This document shows positions 18,417-28,607 of a DNA stretch of 64,000 nucleotides, piece after piece. Made by a program: the position numbers and the translations under genes. Below the pieces are notes generated by a model. It did no database searches, had not been told where the DNA came from, and saw only the letters and a program-made list of their open reading frames with translations. Every line of letters starts with the position of its first letter. The stretch's first letter is position 1. Source of the stretch: an uncultured Candidatus Actinomarina sp. (GTDB lineage Bacteria; Actinomycetota; Acidimicrobiia; Actinomarinales; Actinomarinaceae); NCBI GenBank assembly GCA_902613615.1, contig CACMHQ010000001.1, positions 76,567 to 140,566 on the forward strand, read 5' to 3'.

Positions 18417-20503
18417 ACAAGAAAAATGTTCGAGAAATTATTGACAAGTTAACAAACGCTGAACATGCATATTATGTACTAAATGATCCAATCATGTCAG
18501 ATGGAGAATACGATAAATTATTTAATTCTCTGAAATTAATTGAACAGGATCATCCTGAATTATTAATGGAAGATTCACCAACTCAAAGAGTTACAGAAAC
18601 TCCAAGTGATGCATTTGAACCAGTAGAACATCAAAGAAGAATGTACAGTTTAGACAATATAGAAAGTAGTGAAGATTTAAAGAAATGGTTTGAAAGGTTA
18701 GAAAAGATAACTGAAAATTCAATATTTCCAGTTACTGTTGAGCCAAAAATTGATGGTTTAGCAATTTCACTAATTTATCAAGATAGCCTCTTAAAGCGAG
18801 GATTAACTAGAGGAGATGGAATAGTTGGGGAGGATGTAACTCACAATATAAAAACAATCAGAAACATCCCTCTCCGTTTAAAAAAAGAGATCAAAGGCAC
18901 AGTTGAAATAAGAGGCGAAGTTTACATGCCAGTAAAAAGTTTTGATAAGCTGAATGCTCAGCGACTTAAAGACTCACTTGAAATTGAAAAGTTGAAACAA
19001 AAAGATAAAAACAAGTTATCTGATACAGAAAAAAAATCTCTTTCAAGAATAAGAAAAGAGGGAACTAGTACATTTATTAATTCAAGAAATGCTGCTGCAG
19101 GCTCACTCAGACAAAAAGATGCTTCAATAACATCTAATCGAGATTTAAGACTTCTCGCATATCAACTAATAATTTACGAGCAAGAAAACAAAAATAATTT
19201 TCATTCGAAAAACAACAGTTTAATGAATGAACTAGGTTTCAAAACAAACAAGATTGATATTTCACATAGTCAAATAGAAATTGAAAAAAGTGTTGAATTA
19301 ATTAAAGAGTCAAGATCAAAATATTCTTACCAAATTGATGGGGCAGTTCTTAAGGTTGATTCACTTCAGGCTCAAGATGAGTTAGGGTATACATCTAAAT
19401 CACCAAGATGGGCTGTTGCTTTTAAATTTCCCTCAGAGGAACAAACAACAATACTTAAGGATATAAAATTACAGACAGGTCGAACTGGGGCAATTACACC
19501 AGTAGCTGTACTTGAACCAATAGATGTTGGAGGGGCAAAGGTTTCTTTTGCAACACTTCATAATCCAGATGAAATAAAAAGAAAAGATTTGAGAATCAAT
19601 GATTACGTTATTGTAAGACGTGCAGGTGATGTAATACCCGAAGTTGTCTCTTCACTTAAAGATAGAAGAGATGGAAGCCAAAAAAAATGGGAACTTCCTA
19701 AGAAATGTCCATGTGGGGAATTTTCAATAGAGTTAATTGATGAAGAAAAAGTACCTAGATGTGAAGGTGGACAATCCTGTAATTTAGCAAAGAAAGAGGC
19801 GATAATCTTTTTTGGATCTAAATCAGGTCTTGAGATAGATGGGCTTGGTAGGGAGACTGTTGAGACTTTGTTGGAGAGCAAACTAATTAATAATGTAGAA
19901 GATATTTATAGTCTTAAATATGAAGATTTGATTGATCTACCCTCATGGGAGAAAAAGAAAACAAACAACCTATTAAATGCAATTAAATCATCCACGAATG
20001 CTTCCCCTGAAAAATTATTGACTGCATTAGGCATTAGATTTATTGGGAAACGTACATCTCAATTATTAATACAAAATTTTAATTCAATAGATGGTGTTCT
20101 AAATGCAAAAGAGTCTGATATTGAAAGTATCCATGGAATTTCTATTAGTGTTTCAAAATCACTTGAAGATTGGAAATCAAACAAAGAAAATATTAATTTA
20201 CTAAATCAATTAAAAAATTATGGATTTGCTTTCAAAAAAGATATTAAAACTTCAAAAAGTTATTTATCTGGAAACACATTTGTAATAACAGGGACGTTAG
20301 ATAATTATTCAAGACAAGATGTTGTCGACATTTTAGAAAGCTATGGTGGCACCGTGACAACTTCAGTTTCCAAAAATACAGATTACTTAATATATGGATC
20401 AAAACCAGGTTCTAAGTTTGAGAAAGCAAAAACTCTTGGGGTTCAGACTCTAGATGAAACCAATTTTAAAGAATTAATTAGTAAGTATAAAAAATCCAGC
20501 TGA
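18413..20503 (+). CDS. ligA: NAD-dependent DNA ligase
   Basis: Adenylation Lys in EPKIDGLAISL, Zn-finger cysteines CPCGEF...CEGGQSC, HhH region, C-terminal BRCT (GNTFVITGTL). Confidence 0.95.
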   Translation: MNKKNVREIIDKLTNAEHAYYVLNDPIMSDGEYDKLFNSLKLIEQDHPELLMEDSPTQRVTETPSDAFEPVEHQRRMYSLDNIESSEDLKKWFERLEKITENSIFPVTVEPKIDGLAISLIYQDSLLKRGLTRGDGIVGEDVTHNIKTIRNIPLRLKKEIKGTVEIRGEVYMPVKSFDKLNAQRLKDSLEIEKLKQKDKNKLSDTEKKSLSRIRKEGTSTFINSRNAAAGSLRQKDASITSNRDLRLLAYQLIIYEQENKNNFHSKNNSLMNELGFKTNKIDISHSQIEIEKSVELIKESRSKYSYQIDGAVLKVDSLQAQDELGYTSKSPRWAVAFKFPSEEQTTILKDIKLQTGRTGAITPVAVLEPIDVGGAKVSFATLHNPDEIKRKDLRINDYVIVRRAGDVIPEVVSSLKDRRDGSQKKWELPKKCPCGEFSIELIDEEKVPRCEGGQSCNLAKKEAIIFFGSKSGLEIDGLGRETVETLLESKLINNVEDIYSLKYEDLIDLPSWEKKKTNNLLNAIKSSTNASPEKLLTALGIRFIGKRTSQLLIQNFNSIDGVLNAKESDIESIHGISISVSKSLEDWKSNKENINLLNQLKNYGFAFKKDIKTSKSYLSGNTFVITGTLDNYSRQDVVDILESYGGTVTTSVSKNTDYLIYGSKPGSKFEKAKTLGVQTLDETNFKELISKYKKSS

Positions 20504-20882
20504 ATTCACCCACATCAGGAAGTCCAGTTGTTTTTGACCATTGAACAACTACAGTATGCTTTCCAGCTGTCCACGATTCAAATGATTTATTTGGCCCTGG
20601 TCTCCAAGTTGCTAGTCCAATTGCATCTTGAAATAAAATTTCTTGAGCTGGGATGATGTAGTTATCTACAATTAGTACGATTTCATATCCTACAGGGACG
20701 TCGACAATGATACTTGATTGTTGTGGCACCTGATCGTTTGGAAGTGGATAAATATCTTCAATGACTTGTGGCAACTCAACAATCTCTGAATTATTTCGAG
20801 AAAACGAGACTCCCCACCAAATAACGAAAATTAGTAGCCCAGTTAATAAAAGAATAATAAATCTGTAAGTGTTTTTACTCAT
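20478..20882 (-). CDS. Hypothetical N-terminally membrane-anchored protein
   Basis: Single N-terminal TM (FIILLLTGLLIFVIWW) and no recognisable motif. Its 3-prime end overlaps the ligA 3-prime end by 26 nt. Confidence 0.45.
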   Translation of the reverse strand: MSKNTYRFIILLLTGLLIFVIWWGVSFSRNNSEIVELPQVIEDIYPLPNDQVPQQSSIIVDVPVGYEIVLIVDNYIIPAQEILFQDAIGLATWRPGPNKSFESWTAGKHTVVVQWSKTTGLPDVGEFSWIFYTY

Positions 20883-20920
20883 ACATTAAAATACTATCTA
20901 ATAACTAAAAAGAGACCAAT

Positions 20921-21733
20921 ATGAATATTGAAAAATTAAAAGAAAACATTGAAAACATTGATGCTGAGAATATTTCAAGTGAAGATATTACTTCAATTAG
21001 GCAGACTATTGAGGCGTTAGATAATGGCAAGATAAGAGTTGCAGAACAAGTTGATGGTGAATGGTTGGTCAATGAATGGGTAAAGAAATCAATACTACAT
21101 TATTTCACCATAGAAAATTTGAAAGTCATTTCATCAGGTGATGTTACTTATTTTGATAAATTAGAACCAAAGAAAAATTATGAAGATTTAAAAATTAGAG
21201 TAGTTCCGCCGGGAGTTGTAAGGTATGGAGCATTTTGTGAGCCTGGAGTAGTTGTAATGCCCGGTTTCGTAAATATTGGAGCTTATGTTGGTTCTGGGAC
21301 AATGGTTGATACTTGGGCAACAGTTGGTTCATGTGCTCAAATTGGAAAAAATGTTCATTTATCTGGAGGGGTAGGAATTGGAGGAGTCTTAGAACCACCT
21401 TCAGCAATGCCAGTAATTATCGAGGATGGTGCTTTTATTGGATCCAGGGCAATAATTGTTGAGGGTGTAAGAGTTGGTAAAGGAGCTGTTATAGGCGCAA
21501 ATGTTACGATAACTTCTTCCACTCCAGTAATTGATGTCTCTGGTGAAAAGCCTATTGAGCACAAAGGAATTGTCCCTGAAAACTCTGTTGTAATTCCTGG
21601 TACTAGACCAAAGAAATTTCCAAGTGGTGAATTTGAAGTTCAATGTGCACTAATTATTGGACAGAGAAAAGAATCAACGAATGAGAAAACCTCATTAAAT
21701 GAGGCACTCAGAACATTTGGAGTTGACGTTTGA
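20921..21733 (+). CDS. dapD: Tetrahydrodipicolinate N-succinyltransferase
   Basis: Nearly collinear with E. coli DapD as I recall it: GAYVGSGTMVDTWATVGSCAQIGKNVHLSGGVGIGGVLEP hexapeptide region. Confidence 0.9.
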   Translation: MNIEKLKENIENIDAENISSEDITSIRQTIEALDNGKIRVAEQVDGEWLVNEWVKKSILHYFTIENLKVISSGDVTYFDKLEPKKNYEDLKIRVVPPGVVRYGAFCEPGVVVMPGFVNIGAYVGSGTMVDTWATVGSCAQIGKNVHLSGGVGIGGVLEPPSAMPVIIEDGAFIGSRAIIVEGVRVGKGAVIGANVTITSSTPVIDVSGEKPIEHKGIVPENSVVIPGTRPKKFPSGEFEVQCALIIGQRKESTNEKTSLNEALRTFGVDV

Positions 21734-22770
21734 ACCTAAACGAATTGACCCAAAGATTAATAGATATTGAATCAGTAACTGGTGATGAGCAGGAATTAAT
21801 CAATTTTATTGAAAGTTATCTTCTGGATTCTGGATATAAAGGAAATATATTTAAAGATGAAGGAGGTTTGATTGTTAATACTCCTGATTCAAATCCCAAA
21901 ATAGCATTAGTTGGACATCTCGATACTGTTCCTATTCATGAAAGCCAAAAAAATTATTCCGATGAAGAAAATATTTATGGTCGGGGAGCCGTTGATATGA
22001 AGGCTGGAGTTGCAGTCATGATTCAGACCATACTTGATGAAAACGAAAATGTAGTTGGTGTTTTTTATACAGGCGAAGAAGGAACTCCAGAGCAAAATGG
22101 ACTTAACAATCTAATGAGTAGATTGAAGAAAGATTTTTCTATTGAATTAGCAATTGTTATGGAGCCAAGTAGTTTGGAGTGTCAACTAGGTTGCAATGGA
22201 ACACTTAACGCAACATTAGTCATTCCGGGTGTTTCAAGCCACTCTGCAAGACCTTGGATGGGAGAAAATCCATTTTTTAAACTTAAAGAATTGAGTGAAT
22301 TTTTATTAAAGAATGAAATAAAAGATTATGAAATTGATGGTTTAATCTACAAACAGGTAATAACTGTAACAAGAATAAATGGTGGGGTGGCAAATAATGT
22401 TACGCCACCTAATATCACTTTAAATGTAAATTTTAGGTTTGTCCCTTCTTTCTCCGCTGAGGATGCAGAAAAATATATTACAGATGAATTACAAAAGTTT
22501 GGAAATATTAGTGTAAAAGACATATCCGTTGGAGCGTTACCAAATAAAAATCTAGATATAATCAGCGATTTTATAAACTCTACAGGTCTAAAGGTTACGC
22601 CAAAACAAGGATGGACAGACGTGGCGAGATTTACTAATGATGGCATCCCAGCATTAAACTTTGGGCCTGGTGATCCATTACTAGCTCATACTTCAGATGA
22701 ATTTGTTATTAAAAATGAAATATTAGAATCTTATGAGATATTAAATAAGTTTCTTGAGAGTGTTACATGA
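21730..22770 (+). CDS. dapE: Succinyl-diaminopimelate desuccinylase (M20 metallopeptidase)
   Basis: M20 motifs GHLDTVP, GRGAVDMKAG, TGEEG. Overlaps the dapD stop. TTG start. Confidence 0.8.
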   Translation: MNLNELTQRLIDIESVTGDEQELINFIESYLLDSGYKGNIFKDEGGLIVNTPDSNPKIALVGHLDTVPIHESQKNYSDEENIYGRGAVDMKAGVAVMIQTILDENENVVGVFYTGEEGTPEQNGLNNLMSRLKKDFSIELAIVMEPSSLECQLGCNGTLNATLVIPGVSSHSARPWMGENPFFKLKELSEFLLKNEIKDYEIDGLIYKQVITVTRINGGVANNVTPPNITLNVNFRFVPSFSAEDAEKYITDELQKFGNISVKDISVGALPNKNLDIISDFINSTGLKVTPKQGWTDVARFTNDGIPALNFGPGDPLLAHTSDEFVIKNEILESYEILNKFLESVT

Positions 22771-23051
22771 GCGAAAATTTCAACATTGATGATATATCAA
22801 ATCTTGCTTCCATAGAACTTAGTGAAGATGAAAAAGCCAAACTTCAAAAAGATTTACAAATAATTCTTGAACATGTTGACGCTTTGAAAAATATTGATAT
22901 AAAAGATGAAAAAATTGATATTCATCCTTTAAGTAAGGTCCTTGAATTGAGAAAGGATGAATCAAAAGAATCACTGAAACACGAGGATGCAATGATGAAC
23001 TCTCCTGAAACGAAGGATGGTCACTTTGTTGTACCTCCGTCCATAGAATAA
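22767..23051 (+). CDS. gatC: Glu/Asp-tRNA amidotransferase subunit C
   Basis: 94 aa, the LA.IELSEDE....DL..IL..V..L pattern, and its position directly upstream of gatA. Confidence 0.85.
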   Translation: MSENFNIDDISNLASIELSEDEKAKLQKDLQIILEHVDALKNIDIKDEKIDIHPLSKVLELRKDESKESLKHEDAMMNSPETKDGHFVVPPSIE

Positions 23052-23057
23052 ATAGAC

Positions 23058-24515
23058 ATGACAGAGAAAATACCTTCAATTTCCAAGATAAATGAACTGT
23101 TTCAGAATAAAGAAATGAAACCATCTGAACTATTTGAACAAGTATATGAAACAGCTTCTTACACAGAATCCGTGCTTCATGCACATTTAGAATTATTTTA
23201 TGATGAGGGTTTAAAATTGTCTAAAGAGTCCGATAAACGATATACAAAAAATGAGACTTTGGGACTACTTGATGGAATTCCAATCGCAATAAAAGACAAT
23301 ATTAATATCTATGGATATAAGACAACATGTTCATCAAAAATGCTTTCCAACTATGTTTCACCATATGATGCAACGGTTGTCACAAGTCTAAAAAAAGCAG
23401 GAACAATTTTTACGGGAAAAACGAATCTTGATGAATTTGCAATGGGTTCCTCAACAGAAAATTCCGCTTATGGTCCTACAAAGAATCCTTGGAATCCTGA
23501 TTTTGTTCCCGGCGGATCCTCTGGAGGTTCGGCAGCAGTAGTTTCTGCAGGATCGGCTGTAGCATCATTAGGAAGTGATACAGGAGGATCAATTAGGCAG
23601 CCTGCTTCATTTTGTGGAGTAGTTGGGTTCAAGCCAACCTATGGAACAGTTTCAAGATACGGATTGATAGCATTTGCATCTTCTCTAGATCAAATTGGTC
23701 CAATTACAAATACAGTGGATGACACACGAATTATATTCAATGAAATTCAAGGATATGATAGTAAGGACGCAACATCAATAACTCCTGAATATACAAAACT
23801 AGAAAATAAAAAAGTAAAAGTTGGAATTTTGAAGGAACTTATGCAAGAAGGAGTCTCAAATGAGTCTCAAGATGAAGTTAACAAAGTAGTCAATCTACTT
23901 AAAGAAAAAGGGCATGATGTGACTGAAATTTCTTTACCTCTTACTGAAATGGCGTTGTCAGTTTATTACCTTATTGCCCCTGCGGAATGTTCTGCAAATT
24001 TATCAAGATTTGATGGAGTTAGATATGGCATTAGAGAAGATGCATCGACAAGTTATGAAATGATGAATAAAACACGCTCGGTTGGATTTGGTGAAGAAGT
24101 TAAAAAAAGAATTTTATTAGGAACATATGCTTTATCCGCTGGATATTTTGATGAATATTACGGCAGAGCTTTAAAAGTGAGATCAAAAATTATTACAGAT
24201 TTTAAAACTGCATTCGACAAAGTTGACTTTATTTTATCACCAACTACTCCTACACCCGCATTTGGTTTTGGTGAAAAAACAAAGAATCCACTTGAGATGT
24301 ATTTGTCTGATTTATGTACAATTCCAGCCAACCTTGCTGGCCTACCAGCCATAAGCATACCAACTGGGTTATCGGAAAATAACTTACCTTTATCAGTACA
24401 GATAATGGGTAAGCCTTGCTCAGATTATTCCCTCATTGATTTTGCAGAATCCATTGAGGAAATGGTTGAATTTAATTTTTCTCCAAATTTATTAAAGGAA
24501 AATAATGAATCTTAA
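23058..24515 (+). CDS. gatA: Glu/Asp-tRNA amidotransferase subunit A
   Basis: Amidase signature GGSSGGSAAVV...GSDTGGSIRQPA. Confidence 0.95.
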   Translation: MTEKIPSISKINELFQNKEMKPSELFEQVYETASYTESVLHAHLELFYDEGLKLSKESDKRYTKNETLGLLDGIPIAIKDNINIYGYKTTCSSKMLSNYVSPYDATVVTSLKKAGTIFTGKTNLDEFAMGSSTENSAYGPTKNPWNPDFVPGGSSGGSAAVVSAGSAVASLGSDTGGSIRQPASFCGVVGFKPTYGTVSRYGLIAFASSLDQIGPITNTVDDTRIIFNEIQGYDSKDATSITPEYTKLENKKVKVGILKELMQEGVSNESQDEVNKVVNLLKEKGHDVTEISLPLTEMALSVYYLIAPAECSANLSRFDGVRYGIREDASTSYEMMNKTRSVGFGEEVKKRILLGTYALSAGYFDEYYGRALKVRSKIITDFKTAFDKVDFILSPTTPTPAFGFGEKTKNPLEMYLSDLCTIPANLAGLPAISIPTGLSENNLPLSVQIMGKPCSDYSLIDFAESIEEMVEFNFSPNLLKENNES

Positions 24516-25950
24516 AGCAACAATTGGAATGGAAACTCACGTTGAACTAGATACAAAATCAAAAATGTTCTGTTCGTGCGAAGTAGTTGAAACTGATGAA
24601 CCAAATATTAGCGTTTGTCCAACATGCTTAGGTCTTCCAGGTGCTTTACCAGTACCAAATAAAACAGCTATTGAATATATAGTGATGCTTTCATTAGGTG
24701 CAAATTGCAATATTACTAATGAAGGCATGTTTCATAGAAAAAATTATTTTTATCCTGACTTGCCAAAAAACTATCAAATTTCTCAATTTGATTTTCCTGT
24801 AGGAGTTAATGGGTCTTTAGAAATTGTTTTAGATGAGGAACTTCATTCAGTTGAAATTGAAAGAGTACATATGGAAGAAGATACAGGAAAAAGTGTTCAT
24901 ATCGGTTCAGGTAGGATTGATTCTGCAACTAGTACACTTTTAGATTTCAATAGATCAGGCATTCCATTAGTAGAAGTTGTAACTAAGCCAGTTATTTCAA
25001 CTTCAAAAATGGCTGTTGCTTATATTGAAGAATTACGACAATTAGTCATTGATCTTGGAATTTCAAAAGGCAAATTAGAAAAAGGCAATTTAAGATTTGA
25101 TGCAAATATATCAGTAGCAAACGAAGATTCAAATGAACTTGGAACTAAGGTAGAGATTAAAAATATGAATTCATTGAAGTCATTAGAAAAAGCAATCGAT
25201 TATGAAATCATGAGACAGTCCAAACAAATTGAAAAAGGTGAATCTGTAATTCAGGAAACTAGGCATTGGGATGAGAATAAACAAGTCACTATATCAATGC
25301 GAACAAAAGAGGGAAGTGCTGATTATAGATATTTTTCAGATCCAGATTTACCAAATATGATTATTGATGAAGAATTTATTAATAATTCAAAAAAGAATAT
25401 ACAAAACCTACCTGCAGATAAAAGAAAAACTTTAAAAGAATCCGGGTTATCTTTATCAGATTCAAACTATTTAGATAAAGGTGATAAGTGGTTATACGAT
25501 CTTTACTTGTCTACCGTTGAAAATACTAAAGATAGTAAATCAACATTTAATTTCCTTACAGGGGAACTACAGGGGCAAATGAGGAAAGCAGAAATTGATG
25601 AGTTACCTGATTGGGTTGATTCAGAAAAAATTTCTAATTTAATAAATTTGTTTGAAACTAATGAGGTTTCTTTTACATCAGCAAAAGATATTCTTGCAAA
25701 ATTGTTAGCTGAGGATATTGATCCTAAATCTTATGCAACCGATAACAATCTTATCCAATCTTCAGATGATGAGGAAATAAAAACACTTGTGACTTCAGTA
25801 ATTAAAGAAAATCAAGATATTGTTGAAAGATTAGAAGATCCCGAAGACAAACTTGTTGGTTTTTTAGTGGGTCAAGTAATGAAAAGCTCAGTGAATAAGG
25901 TTAATCCTGGATCTGTAAAAGATATCTTACTTAAAGAGTTATTTGGATAA
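24505..25950 (+). CDS. gatB: Glu/Asp-tRNA amidotransferase subunit B
   Basis: IGMETHVEL, CPTCLGLPGALP, and C-terminal GatB/YqeY domain FLVGQVMK. Confidence 0.95.
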   Translation: MNLKATIGMETHVELDTKSKMFCSCEVVETDEPNISVCPTCLGLPGALPVPNKTAIEYIVMLSLGANCNITNEGMFHRKNYFYPDLPKNYQISQFDFPVGVNGSLEIVLDEELHSVEIERVHMEEDTGKSVHIGSGRIDSATSTLLDFNRSGIPLVEVVTKPVISTSKMAVAYIEELRQLVIDLGISKGKLEKGNLRFDANISVANEDSNELGTKVEIKNMNSLKSLEKAIDYEIMRQSKQIEKGESVIQETRHWDENKQVTISMRTKEGSADYRYFSDPDLPNMIIDEEFINNSKKNIQNLPADKRKTLKESGLSLSDSNYLDKGDKWLYDLYLSTVENTKDSKSTFNFLTGELQGQMRKAEIDELPDWVDSEKISNLINLFETNEVSFTSAKDILAKLLAEDIDPKSYATDNNLIQSSDDEEIKTLVTSVIKENQDIVERLEDPEDKLVGFLVGQVMKSSVNKVNPGSVKDILLKELFG

Positions 25951-26407
25951 TTTGATTCACAATCATTGCTGATATTAATCCAATAAACCCAGCCCCAAGA
26001 TCATCGTAGAGAACTCCTAATTTACCTGGAAGCTTCTCCAATTCTCCAACAAAAGATGGTTGCTTAAGAATATCACTTAATCTAAAAACTAGAAAACCAG
26101 ACAATAAAGGTAACAATTCAGCCCCAGAACCTATTGTTACAAGACTCATTCCACAAATCTCATCTAGCGTAATCCAGCTTGGATCAGAGGATGCATCATC
26201 ATCGTCGACAGTTACAAAATATAAAATAATTAAAACAATAAATAATATGAATAGGTTAAGAGTGTTCCAAATCCCAAACAGACTATTACCGAAATAGATT
26301 TCAAATATTAATAATAAAGAGGCAAGAGTGCCTCCACCTTTTTTATTTTTAAAAAATGCCTCCCAAAAAAGGCCAACCCCAAATCCTGAAGCAATAAATC
26401 GTTTCAC
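25931..26407 (-). CDS. pgpA: Phosphatidylglycerophosphatase A-like membrane protein
   Basis: N-terminal ASGFGVGL....GGTLASLL and DPSWITLDEICGM resemble the PgpA conserved boxes. 158 aa. Confidence 0.65.
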   Translation of the reverse strand: MKRFIASGFGVGLFWEAFFKNKKGGGTLASLLLIFEIYFGNSLFGIWNTLNLFILFIVLIILYFVTVDDDDASSDPSWITLDEICGMSLVTIGSGAELLPLLSGFLVFRLSDILKQPSFVGELEKLPGKLGVLYDDLGAGFIGLISAMIVNQIIQITL

Positions 26408-26467
26408 AATTTGAATAATAGTATTTTTCTTGGATAGACCTTTTAAAAGGTGTAGTATTTATTTACT

Positions 26468-27382
26468 GTGGAAAAATCCGATTTTATATGGTTTGATGGT
26501 GAATTTGTAGACTGGGACAGTGCTCAGATAAATGTAATGACACACACTCTGCATTATGGGACTGGTGTGTTTGAAGGTATAAGAGCAAGAAATACAGAAA
26601 AAGGTGTCTCAATATTTAGACTTAATGACCATGTTGATAGATTATTTGCTTCAGCTGATTCATATAATTTAAAAATTCCGTACACTAAAGAAGTTATTTT
26701 CGAAGCAATAAAAGATGTTGTCAGCAAAAACAAGCTTGAATCGGCATATATCAGACCTTTAGTTTTTTTTGGTGAAGGGGAAATGGGACTTCTTCCAAAA
26801 GATGTTCCTGTAAGGGTTTCAATAGCAGCGTGGTACTGGGGAGCTTATTTAGGAGACGAGGCAGTCAATCAAGGTGTCAACGTTTGTATTTCAAGATGGA
26901 GAAGAATTAGTCCGACGAGTTTTATACCTTTAGCTAAAGGTGTGGGAGGCTACATGAACTCAACATTAGCCAAGATTGATGCTGTTGAGAATGGTTATGA
27001 TGACGCAATAATGTTGGGTGATGATGGAACAGTTGCTGAGGGCAGTGGACAAAATATTTTTATTGTTAAAGATAATAATATTTTTACACCTCCAAATTCC
27101 ACAGGTGCCCTAAATGGAATTACCAGAAGAACAGTAATTGAGATTGCTAAACAGAAAAATATACCAATTGAAGAAAAAAACCTTACTGTTGAAGATCTTA
27201 AAACTGCGGATGAGGTATTTTTTACTGGAACTGCAACGGGTGTTATTGGAGTAGTAAGTATTGATAAAGATGATATATCCGATGGACAGGTTGGAAAAAT
27301 CACTTCAGACATAATTGATTCATATGAAGATGTGGTTAACGCAAAGGACGATAATTTTAAATCATATATAACATTGATTTAA
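26468..27382 (+). CDS. ilvE: Branched-chain amino-acid aminotransferase (class IV)
   Basis: HYGTGVFEGIRA, YIRPLVFFG, EGSGQNIF, GITRR. GTG start. Confidence 0.9.
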   Translation: MEKSDFIWFDGEFVDWDSAQINVMTHTLHYGTGVFEGIRARNTEKGVSIFRLNDHVDRLFASADSYNLKIPYTKEVIFEAIKDVVSKNKLESAYIRPLVFFGEGEMGLLPKDVPVRVSIAAWYWGAYLGDEAVNQGVNVCISRWRRISPTSFIPLAKGVGGYMNSTLAKIDAVENGYDDAIMLGDDGTVAEGSGQNIFIVKDNNIFTPPNSTGALNGITRRTVIEIAKQKNIPIEEKNLTVEDLKTADEVFFTGTATGVIGVVSIDKDDISDGQVGKITSDIIDSYEDVVNAKDDNFKSYITLI

Positions 27383-27798
27383 TGCCTCAAGAACCAAATA
27401 TCAATTTAGATAAAATTAAAAGAATAAACGACCCGGTAATGCCTGTCCCGAGGAAAAACTCTAAAAGACTTGCAGAAAATCTTGATCCAAATTACAAAGA
27501 AGTTTTTGGAAGTACTGGACCAGACAGTGGTTTTGCATTAAAAATAGTGAACAAGTACAAAACTTTATGGGGTAACCATCCAAGAAATAAATTAGTTTCA
27601 TCGATTGTTACAAACCTAATGATTAATAGAGCAGCTCATTTTGGTAGAGCTCCAACAGTATATGATCTTCACCATATATTGGGTATATTAAGAATAACTG
27701 AAAATAGCCTTGGTGATCTATCTGAAGAATTATTAATTAAATGCTCTAAGGAAAAAAATAAAGGCACACACCTTTTATCAATATTTAATTTTTACTAA
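27382..27798 (+). CDS. Hypothetical protein
   Basis: 138-aa ORF with a TAATG overlap with ilvE. No motif recognised. Confidence 0.4.
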   Translation: MPQEPNINLDKIKRINDPVMPVPRKNSKRLAENLDPNYKEVFGSTGPDSGFALKIVNKYKTLWGNHPRNKLVSSIVTNLMINRAAHFGRAPTVYDLHHILGILRITENSLGDLSEELLIKCSKEKNKGTHLLSIFNFY

Positions 27799-27836
27799 AC
27801 ACTCTATTTTTCTAATGCCTTAATATTGTTAAAAGT

Positions 27837-28604
27837 ATGAAAATTGTAAGAGCAAAACATCAAAATGAAATCTTTTATGGAGAGTTAATTGACGACAAAG
27901 TTGTTCGTTATGAGGGGTCACCTCTAGTTGTCTGGGAAAGTACAGAAGAAATCTATGAACTTGATGAAATTGAATTATTAGCACCAGTCTTACCATCAAA
28001 AGTTGTTGCAGTGGCAAAAAACTATACAAAACATGCTGAGGAAATGGGTTTGCCTGGATATGAGTATCAGGCAGATAATCCAGTATTTTTTATTAAACCT
28101 TCAACTTCGGTAATTGGGACTGGTCAAAATATAATATATCCAAAAATAGGTCAACATGTTGATCATGAAGCAGAACTAGCACTAGTGATTTCAAAAGTCA
28201 GTAAAAATATTTCTAGAGAAAATTGGACGGAACATGTCCTTGGATTAACTGCAGCTAATGATTTATCAGAAAGAGTATTACAAGGCAAAACAGGTCACTT
28301 TACAAGAGCAAAGGGTTTTGACACATTTTGTCCTTTGGGACCATTTATCCAAACAGAGTTTACAAATAATCCAGAACTCAACATTAAAGCATTTGTCAAT
28401 GGTGAACTTAAACAGGATGGTAACAGTCGAGATATGATATATTCAATCGGTGAAATATTAGAATTTGTTACTTCAATTATGACATTACTTCCAGGCGATG
28501 TTGTGATGACGGGTACACCTGAAGGGGTTAGTCAAGTTAAGCCTGGAGATGAAATTAAAATTGAAATTGAGACACTTGGAACCTTAATAAATTCAGTTGA
28601 GTAA
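27837..28604 (+). CDS. Fumarylacetoacetate hydrolase-family protein
   Basis: FAH-family pattern FIKPSTS, HEAELALVI, and GD.V.TGTPEGV near the C-terminus. Confidence 0.85.
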   Translation: MKIVRAKHQNEIFYGELIDDKVVRYEGSPLVVWESTEEIYELDEIELLAPVLPSKVVAVAKNYTKHAEEMGLPGYEYQADNPVFFIKPSTSVIGTGQNIIYPKIGQHVDHEAELALVISKVSKNISRENWTEHVLGLTAANDLSERVLQGKTGHFTRAKGFDTFCPLGPFIQTEFTNNPELNIKAFVNGELKQDGNSRDMIYSIGEILEFVTSIMTLLPGDVVMTGTPEGVSQVKPGDEIKIEIETLGTLINSVE

Positions 28605-28607
28605 ATT

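Noticed and set aside
22819-23184. 121-aa minus-strand ORF spanning gatC/gatA
   Set aside because: It is antisense to two well-supported genes and crosses their intergenic spacer.
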